Origin: Desulfatiglandales bacterium
GTDB lineage: Bacteria; Desulfobacterota; DSM-4660; Desulfatiglandales; Desulfatiglandaceae
DNA: 64,000 nucleotides
Assembly (NCBI GenBank): GCA_963666345.1
Contig: OY762721.1
Span: 3,616,001 to 3,680,000 of the forward strand
Direction: 5' to 3'
The position numbers and the translations under genes were made by a program. Positions 41,164-51,587 of this stretch are shown here, one piece after another. Numbering within the stretch: position 1 is the stretch's first letter; each line of letters begins with the position of its first letter. The notes below the pieces were generated by a model. The model was not told the origin of the DNA and ran no database searches. It worked only from the letters and a program-made list of their open reading frames with translations.

Positions 41164-43224
41164 ATGAAAACAAATACGGTCTGCCGGTTATGTTCATCCT
41201 GCTGTCCTGTGGAGGTGGAGATAGAGACCGAAAGGCTTATCGCCGGTGCCAGGCGCTCCCCCCTGCAGACTGCTGAACGTACCTTCTGCCCCAAGCTCAA
41301 GGCGGCACCAGATATAGTATATTCACCGGAAAGGCTCAAAAAGCCGCTGGTCAGGAAAAAGGGAAAAAGGGGAAATCCCTTTGTAGAATCCTCCTGGGAA
41401 GACGCCCTCGGTCTGGTGGCGGAAAAATTCTTGTCATTCAGGCAGAGATATGGAGCGGAATCGGTCTGCTGGCTGAGGGGCATGGCCTCCGACTGGGGGG
41501 CGCCCTGGGACTATGCAAACAGGCTTATGAGCGTTTTCGGATCACCCAACACCATAGGAAACGGCTCCGTATGTCATGTGGGAAGGGAAATGGCGCATAC
41601 CTACACATACGGGGCAATGACATTTCCCGATATAAAAAATTCGAGGTGTATTGTCGTCTGGGGGAAAAACGACAGCGATACCAACCCACAGGCCTTTGAG
41701 GCGATCCTTTATGCGAGAGGTAAGGGCGCAAAGCTGATCGTAATCGATCCGGTCAGGACAAAGCTTGCCGCAATGGCCGATATCTGGCTTCAGGTAAAGC
41801 CGGGTCACGACGGCCTGCTTGCAATGGCCGTTATAAACGAGATCATATCCTGCGGACTCTATGACCATGACATGGTCGAAAATTACTCAACCGGTTTTGA
41901 ACGGCTTAAGGAGGCGGCAGCCCGCTACAGGGCCGGGGATATTGCCCGGGCAATCTGGCTTGAACCTGAAAGGATCAAAGATGCGGCACGAATCTATGCG
42001 GAAACAAAGCCCGCCTGCATAATAGAGGGCAACGGGCTCGACATGCAGATAAACGCCTTTCAGCACACCAGGGCGGTATGTATCCTGAGGGCGCTTACCG
42101 GGAATCTGGATCAAAAAGGGGGGGACCTTATCCCCCAGCCCATACCGGTAAGAAATCTGCAGCTTAGGGAGCGTTTGCCTGAAGGGGTAAAACCTGTCAC
42201 CCATGAGTATCCGCTCTTTAATGAATTTCATGAGACCTGGGGGAAAAACGCCCAGTCCTGCATCATTGACGCTATCCTGGCTGAAAGGCCTTATCCTCTC
42301 AAGATGCTCATGGTTCAGTCGGCAAATCCGGTTGTGACCATGGCGGACTCAAACAGGGTGCTAAAGGCGCTTGAAAAACTGGAATTCCTGGCGGTAGTCG
42401 ATCTTTTCATGACACGCACCGCCCGGATGGCTGATGTCGTGCTTCCCGCGACCAGCTCGTTTGAAAAGACGCAGCTCAACCGGGCCTACATACGAAACAA
42501 CATGGTAATGATTCAAAATCAGGTCATAGACTGGATAGGGGAGAGCCGGCCCGACTGGAAGATCACATTCGAGCTTGCAAGACGGCTCGGCATGGAAAAG
42601 GAATTTCCATGGCAGACCGCGGAAGAGGCCATAGACTATCAGCTTGAGCCTGCAGGTATCACGGTCGAGATGCTGAGGGAAAAACCTGAGGGAATCAGGG
42701 TGGGCGAGACGATCTTTGAAAAATACAAGACGATCGGCGTGGCAACCCCTTCAGGCAGGGTGGAGCTTTATTCGAAGAGGCTTGAAGAACATGGACACTC
42801 CGGTGTGCCTGTCTTTGAGGGGAGGGCTAGAAATCCGATAAGCTTCAGTGACAGAAAAGATGAGTTTCCGCTGATAGGTATGAGCGGGGCACGTCAGAAC
42901 AGGTTTACCCATTCCCAGTTCAGAAACATCCCCTCTCTTTCAAGGAAAGGGGAGGAGTGCCATGTGGAAATCAATGAGAAAGACGCTGAAATTTACGGTA
43001 TCTCAGTCGGAGGCAGGGTAAAGGTTGAGACCCCGCGCGGGCATGTCATAATGAAGGCCAAGATCTCGGAGCTGGTCCATCCCGGATCTATAAGAATCGC
43101 CTGGGGGTGGGGAGATGTAAGCCCCGACTACAATCTCAACAACCTTACCGACGATAACATAAGAGACGAGGTCATCTGCACTCCATCGAGCAGAAACTTC
43201 ATGTGCAGGGTAAGCAGATGTTAG
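41164..43224 (+). CDS. molybdopterin/tungsten bis-PGD oxidoreductase catalytic subunit
   Basis: CRLCSSCC..FCPK 4Fe-4S motif, SWEDAL, SVCH, ADVVLPA, C-terminal MopB domain; no Tat signal. Confidence 0.88.
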   Translation: MKTNTVCRLCSSCCPVEVEIETERLIAGARRSPLQTAERTFCPKLKAAPDIVYSPERLKKPLVRKKGKRGNPFVESSWEDALGLVAEKFLSFRQRYGAESVCWLRGMASDWGAPWDYANRLMSVFGSPNTIGNGSVCHVGREMAHTYTYGAMTFPDIKNSRCIVVWGKNDSDTNPQAFEAILYARGKGAKLIVIDPVRTKLAAMADIWLQVKPGHDGLLAMAVINEIISCGLYDHDMVENYSTGFERLKEAAARYRAGDIARAIWLEPERIKDAARIYAETKPACIIEGNGLDMQINAFQHTRAVCILRALTGNLDQKGGDLIPQPIPVRNLQLRERLPEGVKPVTHEYPLFNEFHETWGKNAQSCIIDAILAERPYPLKMLMVQSANPVVTMADSNRVLKALEKLEFLAVVDLFMTRTARMADVVLPATSSFEKTQLNRAYIRNNMVMIQNQVIDWIGESRPDWKITFELARRLGMEKEFPWQTAEEAIDYQLEPAGITVEMLREKPEGIRVGETIFEKYKTIGVATPSGRVELYSKRLEEHGHSGVPVFEGRARNPISFSDRKDEFPLIGMSGARQNRFTHSQFRNIPSLSRKGEECHVEINEKDAEIYGISVGGRVKVETPRGHVIMKAKISELVHPGSIRIAWGWGDVSPDYNLNNLTDDNIRDEVICTPSSRNFMCRVSRC

Positions 43225-43288
43225 TCAGATGAATTTTAAAATACCTGTTAAGATATTAATTATCTCAGAAACATCCCCTTTTATCCAC

Positions 43289-43322
43289 AAGCCTTGCCAT
43301 TTATTTGGTGGGGCTTTTTTTT
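43289..43322 (+). terminator. rho-independent terminator
   Basis: AAGCCTTGCCA..TGGTGGGGCTT stem with a T run. Confidence 0.7.
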
Positions 43323-43639
43323 GATGTGAGTAAGTAACCACAGTAATTTCTTGAAATCAATAAATATGTTCATTGGGAATTGTCTCTAACTAGGAATCAT
43401 TTCACCATTATCCCTTGCGCCCATAAATTTATGAATTTGCCCTTATAAGAGTGAAAAAGATAGATATAAAAATTTACCATCTCTCCTTCCTATTTTTATC
43501 ATCAGTCTTGGGCAATGGGCGCCAAATATCATATGCCTAAATACATGAATAGAACAGTGATACTAGTAACATTAACATAACACTTCATAAATAGAGTAAT
43601 AACATATTTTATAATAATATAAGTCGGCTAAAAAAATAC

Positions 43640-43679
43640 TTGACAGGGCTTATGTCTTACTTTATTGTTACCGGTAACA
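43640..43679 (+). promoter_or_regulatory. sigma70 promoter overlapped by a LacI-type operator
   Basis: TTGACA (43640) - 17 bp - TATTGT (43663); perfect palindrome TGTTACCGGTAACA at 43666-43679. Confidence 0.75.
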
Positions 43680-43737
43680 TTTCTCTGGCTCTCATTTTTG
43701 AGCCGAAACTTAGCAAATACTTTCAAAAAAGTATCCC

Positions 43738-44760
43738 ATGTCGAAAAAATTAACAATAAGAGATATTGCAAAACTCGCAAAAGTTTCTCATATGACCGTT
43801 TCTAGGGTTTTAAATAATGACCCAAAGGTTAAAGAGGAAACCAAAAATAGGGTTGTAGAAGTTATCCACAAATATAAATACCGTCCCGACCCTACCGCTC
43901 GAATGTTTGCAAACAGAAAGTCCTTTCTTCTCGGCATAATAGTAGCCGACATACGAAACCCATTCTACGCAGAACTTGCCAGAGGAATTGAGGACAGGAC
44001 ATTTGAAAACGGGTATAGCACAATATTTTGCAGCACCGATAATAAGCCTGAAAGGACAGCACGCTACGTTGAACACATGCTGGATGCTGGAGTAGAAGGA
44101 ATTGTTTTTGCTTCTGTGCGGTTAAATGAACCTGTTGTCGAAGAACTCATTAGAGATAAATTTCCTCTTGTTGTCGTAAATCGTAAACTCAGTGGAGAGT
44201 CATATAATTACGTAGTAGTTGACAATTTTAAGGGCGCTTATGAGATGACAAACTATTTGGTGGAATGCGGTTATAAGCGAATAGCAATAATATCCGGTCC
44301 TCCGATACTTTCGACAGGTTTGGATCGTTTGAAAGGATATGAAAAAGCGTTGGAAGATAACTCTGTTAAAATTTCCGATGATTACCTTTTGCAGGGATCT
44401 TTTACAAAAGAAACAGGTTATGAAGGAACGAAAAAATTATTAGAGTGTGCTGAAAGGCCTGACGTTATTTTTGCGGGAAATGACTTTATTGCCATGGGGG
44501 TTATCGATGCACTTGAGGAGGCTTGTTTGCGTATCCCGGAGGATATTGCAGTTGTAGGTTTTGACGACACTGAATTTGCTTCAAACAGAAGAATTAACCT
44601 GACAACGGTAAGCCAAAATCAATATGAAATGGGAAAATTAGGGGCAGACATCTTGGTGAATTGCATCGAGACAAAAGGTGCAGAATATTTTCATCGAATC
44701 ACTATGGAGCCAAAGTTAATTATCAGGGGTTCATCCACAATAAAACAACAAAATAACTAA
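43738..44760 (+). CDS. LacI family transcriptional regulator
   Basis: TIRDIAKLAKVSHMTVSRVLN HTH, NPFYAEL, IPEDIAVVGFDD. Confidence 0.93.
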   Translation: MSKKLTIRDIAKLAKVSHMTVSRVLNNDPKVKEETKNRVVEVIHKYKYRPDPTARMFANRKSFLLGIIVADIRNPFYAELARGIEDRTFENGYSTIFCSTDNKPERTARYVEHMLDAGVEGIVFASVRLNEPVVEELIRDKFPLVVVNRKLSGESYNYVVVDNFKGAYEMTNYLVECGYKRIAIISGPPILSTGLDRLKGYEKALEDNSVKISDDYLLQGSFTKETGYEGTKKLLECAERPDVIFAGNDFIAMGVIDALEEACLRIPEDIAVVGFDDTEFASNRRINLTTVSQNQYEMGKLGADILVNCIETKGAEYFHRITMEPKLIIRGSSTIKQQNN

Positions 44761-44829
44761 ATATATCAAAAACATATAATTGCGCACCAATTTTACTTTA
44801 ATAAATAATTGATAACGAGGAGTAGATGA

Positions 44830-46101
44830 ATGGCCAAATATTTAAAAAATGCTGTTGTGAGAAAAGAAGAAGATACCAAATATGTTCAGGATGCAGTGAG
44901 AGAAATATTAGGTAAAGTTCGTAATGAAGGTGAATCAGCTGTTAGGTATTACTCTGAAAAATTTGATAATTGGAGCCCTAAGAGGTTCAAGATATCTGAA
45001 GAGGAAAAAAATGAAGCCAAAAAATCCCTTCCAACAAGTGAAATTGAAGATATCGACTTTTGCCAAAAGCAAGTCAAATATTTTGCGGAAGAGCAAATGA
45101 AGCGATTGGTGGATTTTGAGGTTGAATCAATTCCCGGAGTCCATCTTGGGCAAAAGATAATTCCAATAGCAGCAAGCGGGTCATATATCCCGGGTGGTCG
45201 TTATCCCATGTTGGGGTCTGCCCATATGACTATTATCACGCCAAAAGTTGCTGGTGTAAAGAGAATCGTTGCTTGTTCCCCACCTGTGAAGGGTCAAGGT
45301 ATGTGGCCAGCGACACTCTATTCAATGGTTGCAGCTGGAGCGGAAGAAATATACTGCATGGGAGGGGTTCACGCTCTTGCATCTATGGCTTATGGCATGG
45401 AAGGGCTCGAACCTGTCGATATGATAGTGGGAGCCGGAAACAAGTTTGTTGCTGAGGCCAAAAGGCAAATTTTTGGTGATGCCGGAATTGATCTGCTTGC
45501 CGGACCAACCGAAATCTTAATTATCGCAGATGATACCGCTGACCCTGTAATTGTCGCTGGAGATCTTCTAGGACAGGCAGAGCATGATCCTAATTCCAGA
45601 CAGGCCCTTATAGCTCTTTCCGAAAATATTGCTGAGGCAACCATCAAGGAGGTTGATTCTCAGTTGAAAGATTTGCCTACGCGAGATGTAGCCGGGATTG
45701 CTTGGAGAGACAACGGAGAGGTCATCGTAGTTGACAGCGCTGATGAAGCAATAGAAATATCAGATAAATGGGCGCCTGAACATCTGGAGGTTCAGACAGA
45801 GGATTGGAAGTATTATTTAGATAACCTGACTAATTATGGGTCACTATTTTTGGGGGAAGAAACAACCGTTGCCTATGGGGATAAAACGATCGGTACTAAT
45901 CATGTGCTGCCTACTATGCGATCGGCGCGCTATACCGGGGGGTTGTATGTTGGTAAGTTTGTTAAGACAGTTACATATCAGTATGCAAACAGGGAAGGTT
46001 CTGCAAAGATTGCAGATGTATGTGAAAGGGCCTGTAATTATGAAAATATGCTTGCTCATGGGATCACATGTAAAATGAGAAAGGAGAAGTATCTGGGATA
46101 A
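44830..46101 (+). CDS. histidinol dehydrogenase paralog, HpsN (sulfopropanediol dehydrogenase)-like
   Basis: YIPGGRYP..SAHM, GIDLLAGPTE, QAEHDP, APEHL, AYGDKTIGTNHVLPT; catabolic context with no his genes nearby. Confidence 0.75.
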   Translation: MAKYLKNAVVRKEEDTKYVQDAVREILGKVRNEGESAVRYYSEKFDNWSPKRFKISEEEKNEAKKSLPTSEIEDIDFCQKQVKYFAEEQMKRLVDFEVESIPGVHLGQKIIPIAASGSYIPGGRYPMLGSAHMTIITPKVAGVKRIVACSPPVKGQGMWPATLYSMVAAGAEEIYCMGGVHALASMAYGMEGLEPVDMIVGAGNKFVAEAKRQIFGDAGIDLLAGPTEILIIADDTADPVIVAGDLLGQAEHDPNSRQALIALSENIAEATIKEVDSQLKDLPTRDVAGIAWRDNGEVIVVDSADEAIEISDKWAPEHLEVQTEDWKYYLDNLTNYGSLFLGEETTVAYGDKTIGTNHVLPTMRSARYTGGLYVGKFVKTVTYQYANREGSAKIADVCERACNYENMLAHGITCKMRKEKYLG

Positions 46102-46147
46102 AGCTGCTTTTAACAATAAATGCAAATTAGACAAGGAGGAATATTTC

Positions 46148-47131
46148 ATGAAACACATGGTTAATATCTTAGTGTTGGTGCTTGGAATTTCATTCGCCAT
46201 CGGTTCCTTTGGTACAGCAATGGCAGGATCGTCCTACCCGGAAAAACCGATAAAAGCAATTATTCCATTTGGTGCTGGAGGGTTTGTCGATTCGACAGCC
46301 AGAATCCTTCAGAAATCTCTCGAAAAAATTCTTCCTCAACCCGTGGTCATATTAAATGTTCCTGGTGGTGGTGCTGTTATCGGGAGTAGGCAAGGGAAGG
46401 ATGCTGATCCAAACGGCTATACATATTTGATGCAGATTGCTGCCATGATGACGGCGCAAACACTTGGTGTAGCAGATTTTGGTCCGGAAGACTTCGAGCC
46501 AGTAGCACAAACTGGAAGGGCTCCTTGTATGATATGTGTTAGATCAGATTCTCGCTTTAAAAATCTTGAGGATTTTGTTCAAGAAGTAAAAAAGAATCCA
46601 AATACTGTAAGAGAAGCAATCAACATTGGAGCAATAGTGCACTTTATCTCGCTATCTTTCTGTGACGCAGCAGGAGGACTGAAGATGAGATATGTTCAAA
46701 CTGGAGGTGGTGCGAAGAGGCTTGCTGCTATCCTAGGAGGCCACGCTGATGTTGCCATACTTGGTACAGCAGAAGCCAAAGCAACCTATGATTCTGGAGA
46801 CATTCGCATTCTTGGATATTTAGGATCAGAGCGCAATCGTTTTTATCCGAAGGTTGCAACGGCTGGAGAACAAGGATACCCAGGTAGCTTTCTAGCTATG
46901 AATCTTTGGTGGTTTGCTCCTAAGGGTACTCCAAAAGCGAAAATTGAAGTAATGGCTGATGCCCTTGAAAAGGCAATGAAAGATCCTGAAGTATTGAAAT
47001 CGCTTGAGGCTAGGACTACCGACGCAATATTTTATCGTGGTGAAGATGTCATAAAAAGCATTAAAGCTGACAAAGATGCAATAGACAGACTTGCTAAAAA
47101 ATACAATATCACCAAGCCAAAGAAAAAATAG
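46148..47131 (+). CDS. tctC: tripartite tricarboxylate transporter substrate-binding protein
   Basis: Signal peptide, YPEKPIKAIIPFGAGG, NVPGGG, FAPKGTP. Confidence 0.88.
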   Translation: MKHMVNILVLVLGISFAIGSFGTAMAGSSYPEKPIKAIIPFGAGGFVDSTARILQKSLEKILPQPVVILNVPGGGAVIGSRQGKDADPNGYTYLMQIAAMMTAQTLGVADFGPEDFEPVAQTGRAPCMICVRSDSRFKNLEDFVQEVKKNPNTVREAINIGAIVHFISLSFCDAAGGLKMRYVQTGGGAKRLAAILGGHADVAILGTAEAKATYDSGDIRILGYLGSERNRFYPKVATAGEQGYPGSFLAMNLWWFAPKGTPKAKIEVMADALEKAMKDPEVLKSLEARTTDAIFYRGEDVIKSIKADKDAIDRLAKKYNITKPKKK

Positions 47132-47214
47132 TTGTCTAATTCACAGAGCGCTTCTTGCTTTTGTTAAAGCAAGGAGCGTGACCTTAACCTATAAAATATT
47201 TAATCGGTGCCTCT

Positions 47215-47718
47215 ATGCTTAAAGAATATTCAAATATTATAAAGGATATAATTCTTTCTCTTTCTATCCTTTTTGTATGTGCCTTAGCATATATTGGCTG
47301 TATGAGCCTAAGTGAATCACCTTATGAGCCCCTCGGAGCAGGCTTTATTCCAAAAACAATCAGTATTGTTCTTGCATTACTTTCACTTATATTATTGGGG
47401 AAATCAGTCCGCAATGTATTTAAAAATCACCAAGGTAATGTCGAAGGCGTTAGTCAATCAGAGCCTTTGCCGGCGGTTTTTAAAAGGCGACCAGGACTTG
47501 CTGTTTTAGGCGTTATATTAACGATATTATATATCAATGTTCTTTACTTTAGAATAATGGGATTCAGAATATCAACCGTTCTATTTGGTGTTTTTCTAGG
47601 GACGCTGTTGTCAAGGTTCAATTATAAGAATAGTTTGATCTCTATTATAATAGCGGTGGTTATGGGGCTTGGCTTGCATTATATATTCACAAACGTATTC
47701 ATAATCGATCTTCCTTAG
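47215..47718 (+). CDS. tctB: tripartite tricarboxylate transporter small membrane subunit
   Basis: LGAGFIP, hydrophobic helices, C-terminal FIIDLP; lies between tctC and tctA. Confidence 0.8.
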   Translation: MLKEYSNIIKDIILSLSILFVCALAYIGCMSLSESPYEPLGAGFIPKTISIVLALLSLILLGKSVRNVFKNHQGNVEGVSQSEPLPAVFKRRPGLAVLGVILTILYINVLYFRIMGFRISTVLFGVFLGTLLSRFNYKNSLISIIIAVVMGLGLHYIFTNVFIIDLP

Positions 47719-47787
47719 GTACTTTCAAAATACAAACAAAAGCACTGGAAATATCTTAAGCAGTTAATATGAGGGGGTTGTCTATAA

Positions 47788-49263
47788 ATGCTTTTATCAT
47801 CGTTACTCAGTCTATTTGCTCCTGTTCCATTTTTTTACCTGGTTATTGGTGTCGTCTTAGGTTGCACGGTAGGCGCTATTCCTGGTCTTACAGGATCAAT
47901 GCTGATAGTTCTTACTTTGCCGATGACTTTTTACATGGACAGCACGCTTGCAATGATTCTACTGGTTGCGATGTATGTTGGAGCCATTAGTGGAGGACTA
48001 ATCACTGCAACATTACTTCGCATGCCTGGAACGCCTTCTTCAATAATGACCACTTTTGACGGTTATCCAATGGCCAAAAATGGAATGGCAGGAAGGGCTA
48101 TAGGGATAGGAATAACCGCATCTTTTGTGGGCGGATTAGTGTCATGGATATTCCTTGCTGTGCTCGCTCCTGTACTGGGTAGACTTGCTGTAAGATTTGG
48201 ACCTTTTGAATATTTTTCCATGGTTTTAATGGCGCTGGTGCTTATAGCATCTGTGAGTGAAGGGTCGTTATTAAAAGGTTTCATTGCTGGTCTTTTAGGC
48301 TTGCTTGTTGCTACGCCAGGAATAGATCCTGTAACTGCTATGCAAAGACTTGATTTCGGATTTCATGAGATGGCTGGAGGTTTTGACATTTTACCTGTGC
48401 TAATTGGGCTATTTGGTGTTAGCCAGATTATTTCGGATATGGTTAATATCGAACAAAGGCCTGAAAAAGTCCCATTTAGATTTAAAAGCATGTTTATGTC
48501 TTTCAAAGAATTGAAGAGTCAGGCAGTCAATATGATAAGATCTTCAGTTATTGGAACATGGATCGGCATTCTTCCCGGGATAGGTGCAAATATAGGCTCA
48601 ATAATCGCGTATGGGGCTGCTAAAAACACATCGAAGTCGCCGGAAAAATTTGGGACTGGTTCTGAAGAAGGCATCGTAGCATCTGAATCTGCCAATAATG
48701 CTACCGTTGGAGGCGCATTAATTCCGCTTATTACTCTCGGGATTCCAGGAAGTATTATTGATGCAGTTCTTCTTGGTGCCATGTTTATTCATAACGTTCA
48801 GCCAGGACCACTTTTATTCAAAACTCATCCCGAAATGGCATATGGTGTAATATCAGCCTGTCTAGTGGCTAATATAATAATGTTTATTGTAATGATTTTT
48901 GCCACTGTATTGATAGCCAAGATAATTGATGTGCCTAAAGAGTTCATTATTCCGGTTGTTATTGCTTTTTGTGTGGTAGGAGCTTTTGCTTTACATAACA
49001 GAATGTTTGATGTTTGGGTCATGTTCGGCTTTGGACTTGTGGGCTATTTATTGGAAAGGGCATCAGTTCCGCTTGCTCCTTTTATTATTGGTTTAATACT
49101 ATGTCCGCTTGCAGAATTACCGTTACGTCAGGGTTTGATGGCGTCTGCCGGTGATTATTCTCCTTTCATAACTAGACCGGTGTCTCTATTTTTCCTGATA
49201 GTAGCAGTGGGAACTTTTATCTTTAGTTTACGAAGAGAGCTTAAAGGGCAAAAAAACAACTAA
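47788..49263 (+). CDS. tctA: tripartite tricarboxylate transporter large membrane subunit
   Basis: GAIPGL, PGTPSS..TFDGYPMA, ESANNA, LTLGIPG-type motif (ITLGIPGS). Confidence 0.92.
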   Translation: MLLSSLLSLFAPVPFFYLVIGVVLGCTVGAIPGLTGSMLIVLTLPMTFYMDSTLAMILLVAMYVGAISGGLITATLLRMPGTPSSIMTTFDGYPMAKNGMAGRAIGIGITASFVGGLVSWIFLAVLAPVLGRLAVRFGPFEYFSMVLMALVLIASVSEGSLLKGFIAGLLGLLVATPGIDPVTAMQRLDFGFHEMAGGFDILPVLIGLFGVSQIISDMVNIEQRPEKVPFRFKSMFMSFKELKSQAVNMIRSSVIGTWIGILPGIGANIGSIIAYGAAKNTSKSPEKFGTGSEEGIVASESANNATVGGALIPLITLGIPGSIIDAVLLGAMFIHNVQPGPLLFKTHPEMAYGVISACLVANIIMFIVMIFATVLIAKIIDVPKEFIIPVVIAFCVVGAFALHNRMFDVWVMFGFGLVGYLLERASVPLAPFIIGLILCPLAELPLRQGLMASAGDYSPFITRPVSLFFLIVAVGTFIFSLRRELKGQKNN

Positions 49264-49313
49264 TTTAATAACTTTATAATGTTATATTTAATACTTTTGT
49301 TAAGGAGTAAAAG

Positions 49314-50702
49314 ATGAAAAATGTAATTTTAATTGTGCTTGACAGTTTAAGGAAAGATCATGTCGGTAGCTATGGCAACGAATGGATAAAGACTCCGAAC
49401 CTCGACAAATTTTATTCTGAGAGCTTCAGCTTTTCACAAGCATACCCAGAGACTCTTGCGACGTTACCCGTAAGAAGAGGTATTATGACCGGTCGGAGGG
49501 TTTACCCATTCAAAGATTGGAAAGGCTCTGCTTTAGGGGATTTTATATCAGCGCCTGGATGGCAACCATTAGCTGATGATGATGTTACATTGTCAGAAGT
49601 ATTTTTTGAAGCTGGGTATCAAACTTCCTTCATTACAGATGTATATCATCTTTTTAAACCCTCAATGAATTTTCATAGAGGTTTTTGTGAATGGAGATTC
49701 ATCCGAGGACAGGAACTTGATCTCCTGGATTGCTCCCGTCCTGAGGTAAATTTGGATCATTATATAACTCCCAGGATGAAGGGCCTGGTATCTGAAAATC
49801 AAACAGCCCAATATCTCACAAATGTTAGACACAGAAAGGGAGAAGAAGATCATTTTGCGCCAACGGTGTTCCAGGAGGCCATAAATTGGATAGATAGGAA
49901 TAAAGATAACGGTCCTTTTTATCTACATTTAGATAGCTTTGATCCTCATGAACCTTGGGACCCACCAGCAAAGTATTGGGGTTTGTACCATGATCCAGAT
50001 TATAAAGGTCATCAGGTCATCTGCCCTGACTATGGCGATCCTCTCACATTTATGACTGAGGAGGAATTAACTCATACAAAAGCCCTTTATGCTGGAGAGG
50101 TTACCATGGTTGATACCTGGTTCGGCAAGTTCATGGAAAAGATGTCTGAATTGGGCTTAGATGAAAATACTCTTGTAGTTGTATTGTCTGACCATGGCCA
50201 TCCTCTAGGAGAGCACAATCTAATACGAAAAACTCCTGCTGCAATGTATCCCGAATTGTTGGATATCCCGCTCATGATTCGTCATCCTTCAGGCTTAAAA
50301 GCAGGTGAACAGACTGATGGTTATGTCTATAACCATGATTTGTTCACAACTATGCTTAATTTTGCAGATATACCGGTTAACTGGTCTGTGGATGGAATTG
50401 ATTTGATGAATATGACGAATAAGAGAGATTACGCTACCTGTGCATTTAAGGGAACTGTCTGGGCAAAGACGAATGATTATGCGTATTTTTCACTTATGGA
50501 TGGCGAAAATGCGAAACTATTTGATCTAAAAGAGGATCCGGGTCAATACGACAATATCGCTGATAAAAAGCCGAACGTGGTAAAAGAAATGTTTGGCCTC
50601 ACTCTGGCTGATGCCGACGGGGCTCTTCCCGATTTTTCCAGTCTTAAGGGGCAGCTTACGGCGCCTAGATTTAGCACGGCTTTGAGCATAAATAGAAAGT
50701 AA
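49314..50702 (+). CDS. sulfatase-like hydrolase with T-x-P-x-R motif
   Basis: NVILIVLDSLRKD, TLPVRRGIMTG, FDPHEPWDPP, SDHG. Confidence 0.85.
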   Translation: MKNVILIVLDSLRKDHVGSYGNEWIKTPNLDKFYSESFSFSQAYPETLATLPVRRGIMTGRRVYPFKDWKGSALGDFISAPGWQPLADDDVTLSEVFFEAGYQTSFITDVYHLFKPSMNFHRGFCEWRFIRGQELDLLDCSRPEVNLDHYITPRMKGLVSENQTAQYLTNVRHRKGEEDHFAPTVFQEAINWIDRNKDNGPFYLHLDSFDPHEPWDPPAKYWGLYHDPDYKGHQVICPDYGDPLTFMTEEELTHTKALYAGEVTMVDTWFGKFMEKMSELGLDENTLVVVLSDHGHPLGEHNLIRKTPAAMYPELLDIPLMIRHPSGLKAGEQTDGYVYNHDLFTTMLNFADIPVNWSVDGIDLMNMTNKRDYATCAFKGTVWAKTNDYAYFSLMDGENAKLFDLKEDPGQYDNIADKKPNVVKEMFGLTLADADGALPDFSSLKGQLTAPRFSTALSINRK

Positions 50703-50767
50703 GCGAAAATTTGATATGTGCTCACTGATATTGTTTGTTAAGTGTGGTAAGAGAGCAGAGGTTCAAT

Positions 50768-51523
50768 ATGTTTGATTTAGACGGAAAAGTTGCATTGGTA
50801 ACCGGAGCCAATCGAGGGATAGGGCGGAAGATTGCCCTTACTCTTGCCGAGGCGGGCGCCAATATAGCTCTTGTGGCCAGAGATAAAGACAAACTCAATT
50901 TAGTCGCGGATGAAATACGGGCTTTAGGGAAAAGTGCTGAGGTGTTTTCAGCCGATTTGAATCTGATAGGGAGTTTAGCATCTTTGGCGCAAGATGTAGA
51001 TAGAATGATGGGCGGTATAGATATCCTTGTCAATAACGCCGGGATCAACATACCTCAGGAATCCATAGATGTTACTGAAGATGCATGGGATGCCATAATG
51101 GATCTTAACCTTAAATCTGCATTTTTTCTAGCTCAGGCAGTTGGAAAGCTGATGATTTTGCGCGAAGGTGGGGGAAGAATAATCAATATCAGTTCGCAGA
51201 CAGGATCTGTTGCACTCGCAAAAAGAGCTGTATATTGTGCCAGCAAGGCAGGAATGAATCTTATCACAAAGGTCCTGGCAGTTGATTGGGCACAATATGG
51301 GATTCTTGTCAATGCGGTGGCCCCCACCTTTATAGAAACTGATTTTACCAAGGATGCTTTGGCTGATCCAGACTTTCGGGAATATGCATTGTCAAAAAAT
51401 GTTTTAAAACGTTTGGGAAAACCCGAGGATGTAGCTGGCGCAGTTCTCTATCTTTCAACGGATGCTGCAAAATTGGTAACGGGGCATGTGCTTATGGTAG
51501 ATGGTGGCTGGACTGCACATTAA
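50768..51523 (+). CDS. SDR family oxidoreductase (KduD/gluconate 5-dehydrogenase-like)
   Basis: MFDLDGKVALVTGANRGIG, NNAG, YCASK, VDGGWTA. Confidence 0.88.
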   Translation: MFDLDGKVALVTGANRGIGRKIALTLAEAGANIALVARDKDKLNLVADEIRALGKSAEVFSADLNLIGSLASLAQDVDRMMGGIDILVNNAGINIPQESIDVTEDAWDAIMDLNLKSAFFLAQAVGKLMILREGGGRIINISSQTGSVALAKRAVYCASKAGMNLITKVLAVDWAQYGILVNAVAPTFIETDFTKDALADPDFREYALSKNVLKRLGKPEDVAGAVLYLSTDAAKLVTGHVLMVDGGWTAH

Positions 51524-51587
51524 ACTTTGATTAAAGCATAGTTACTTCAAAAAAAATCGAGAGAACAAAAAATCTAAGGGATTTGGT

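Noticed and set aside
44830..46101. Biosynthetic hisD
   Set aside because: Motif variants and the catabolic operon context fit the HpsN-like branch, so no symbol was assigned
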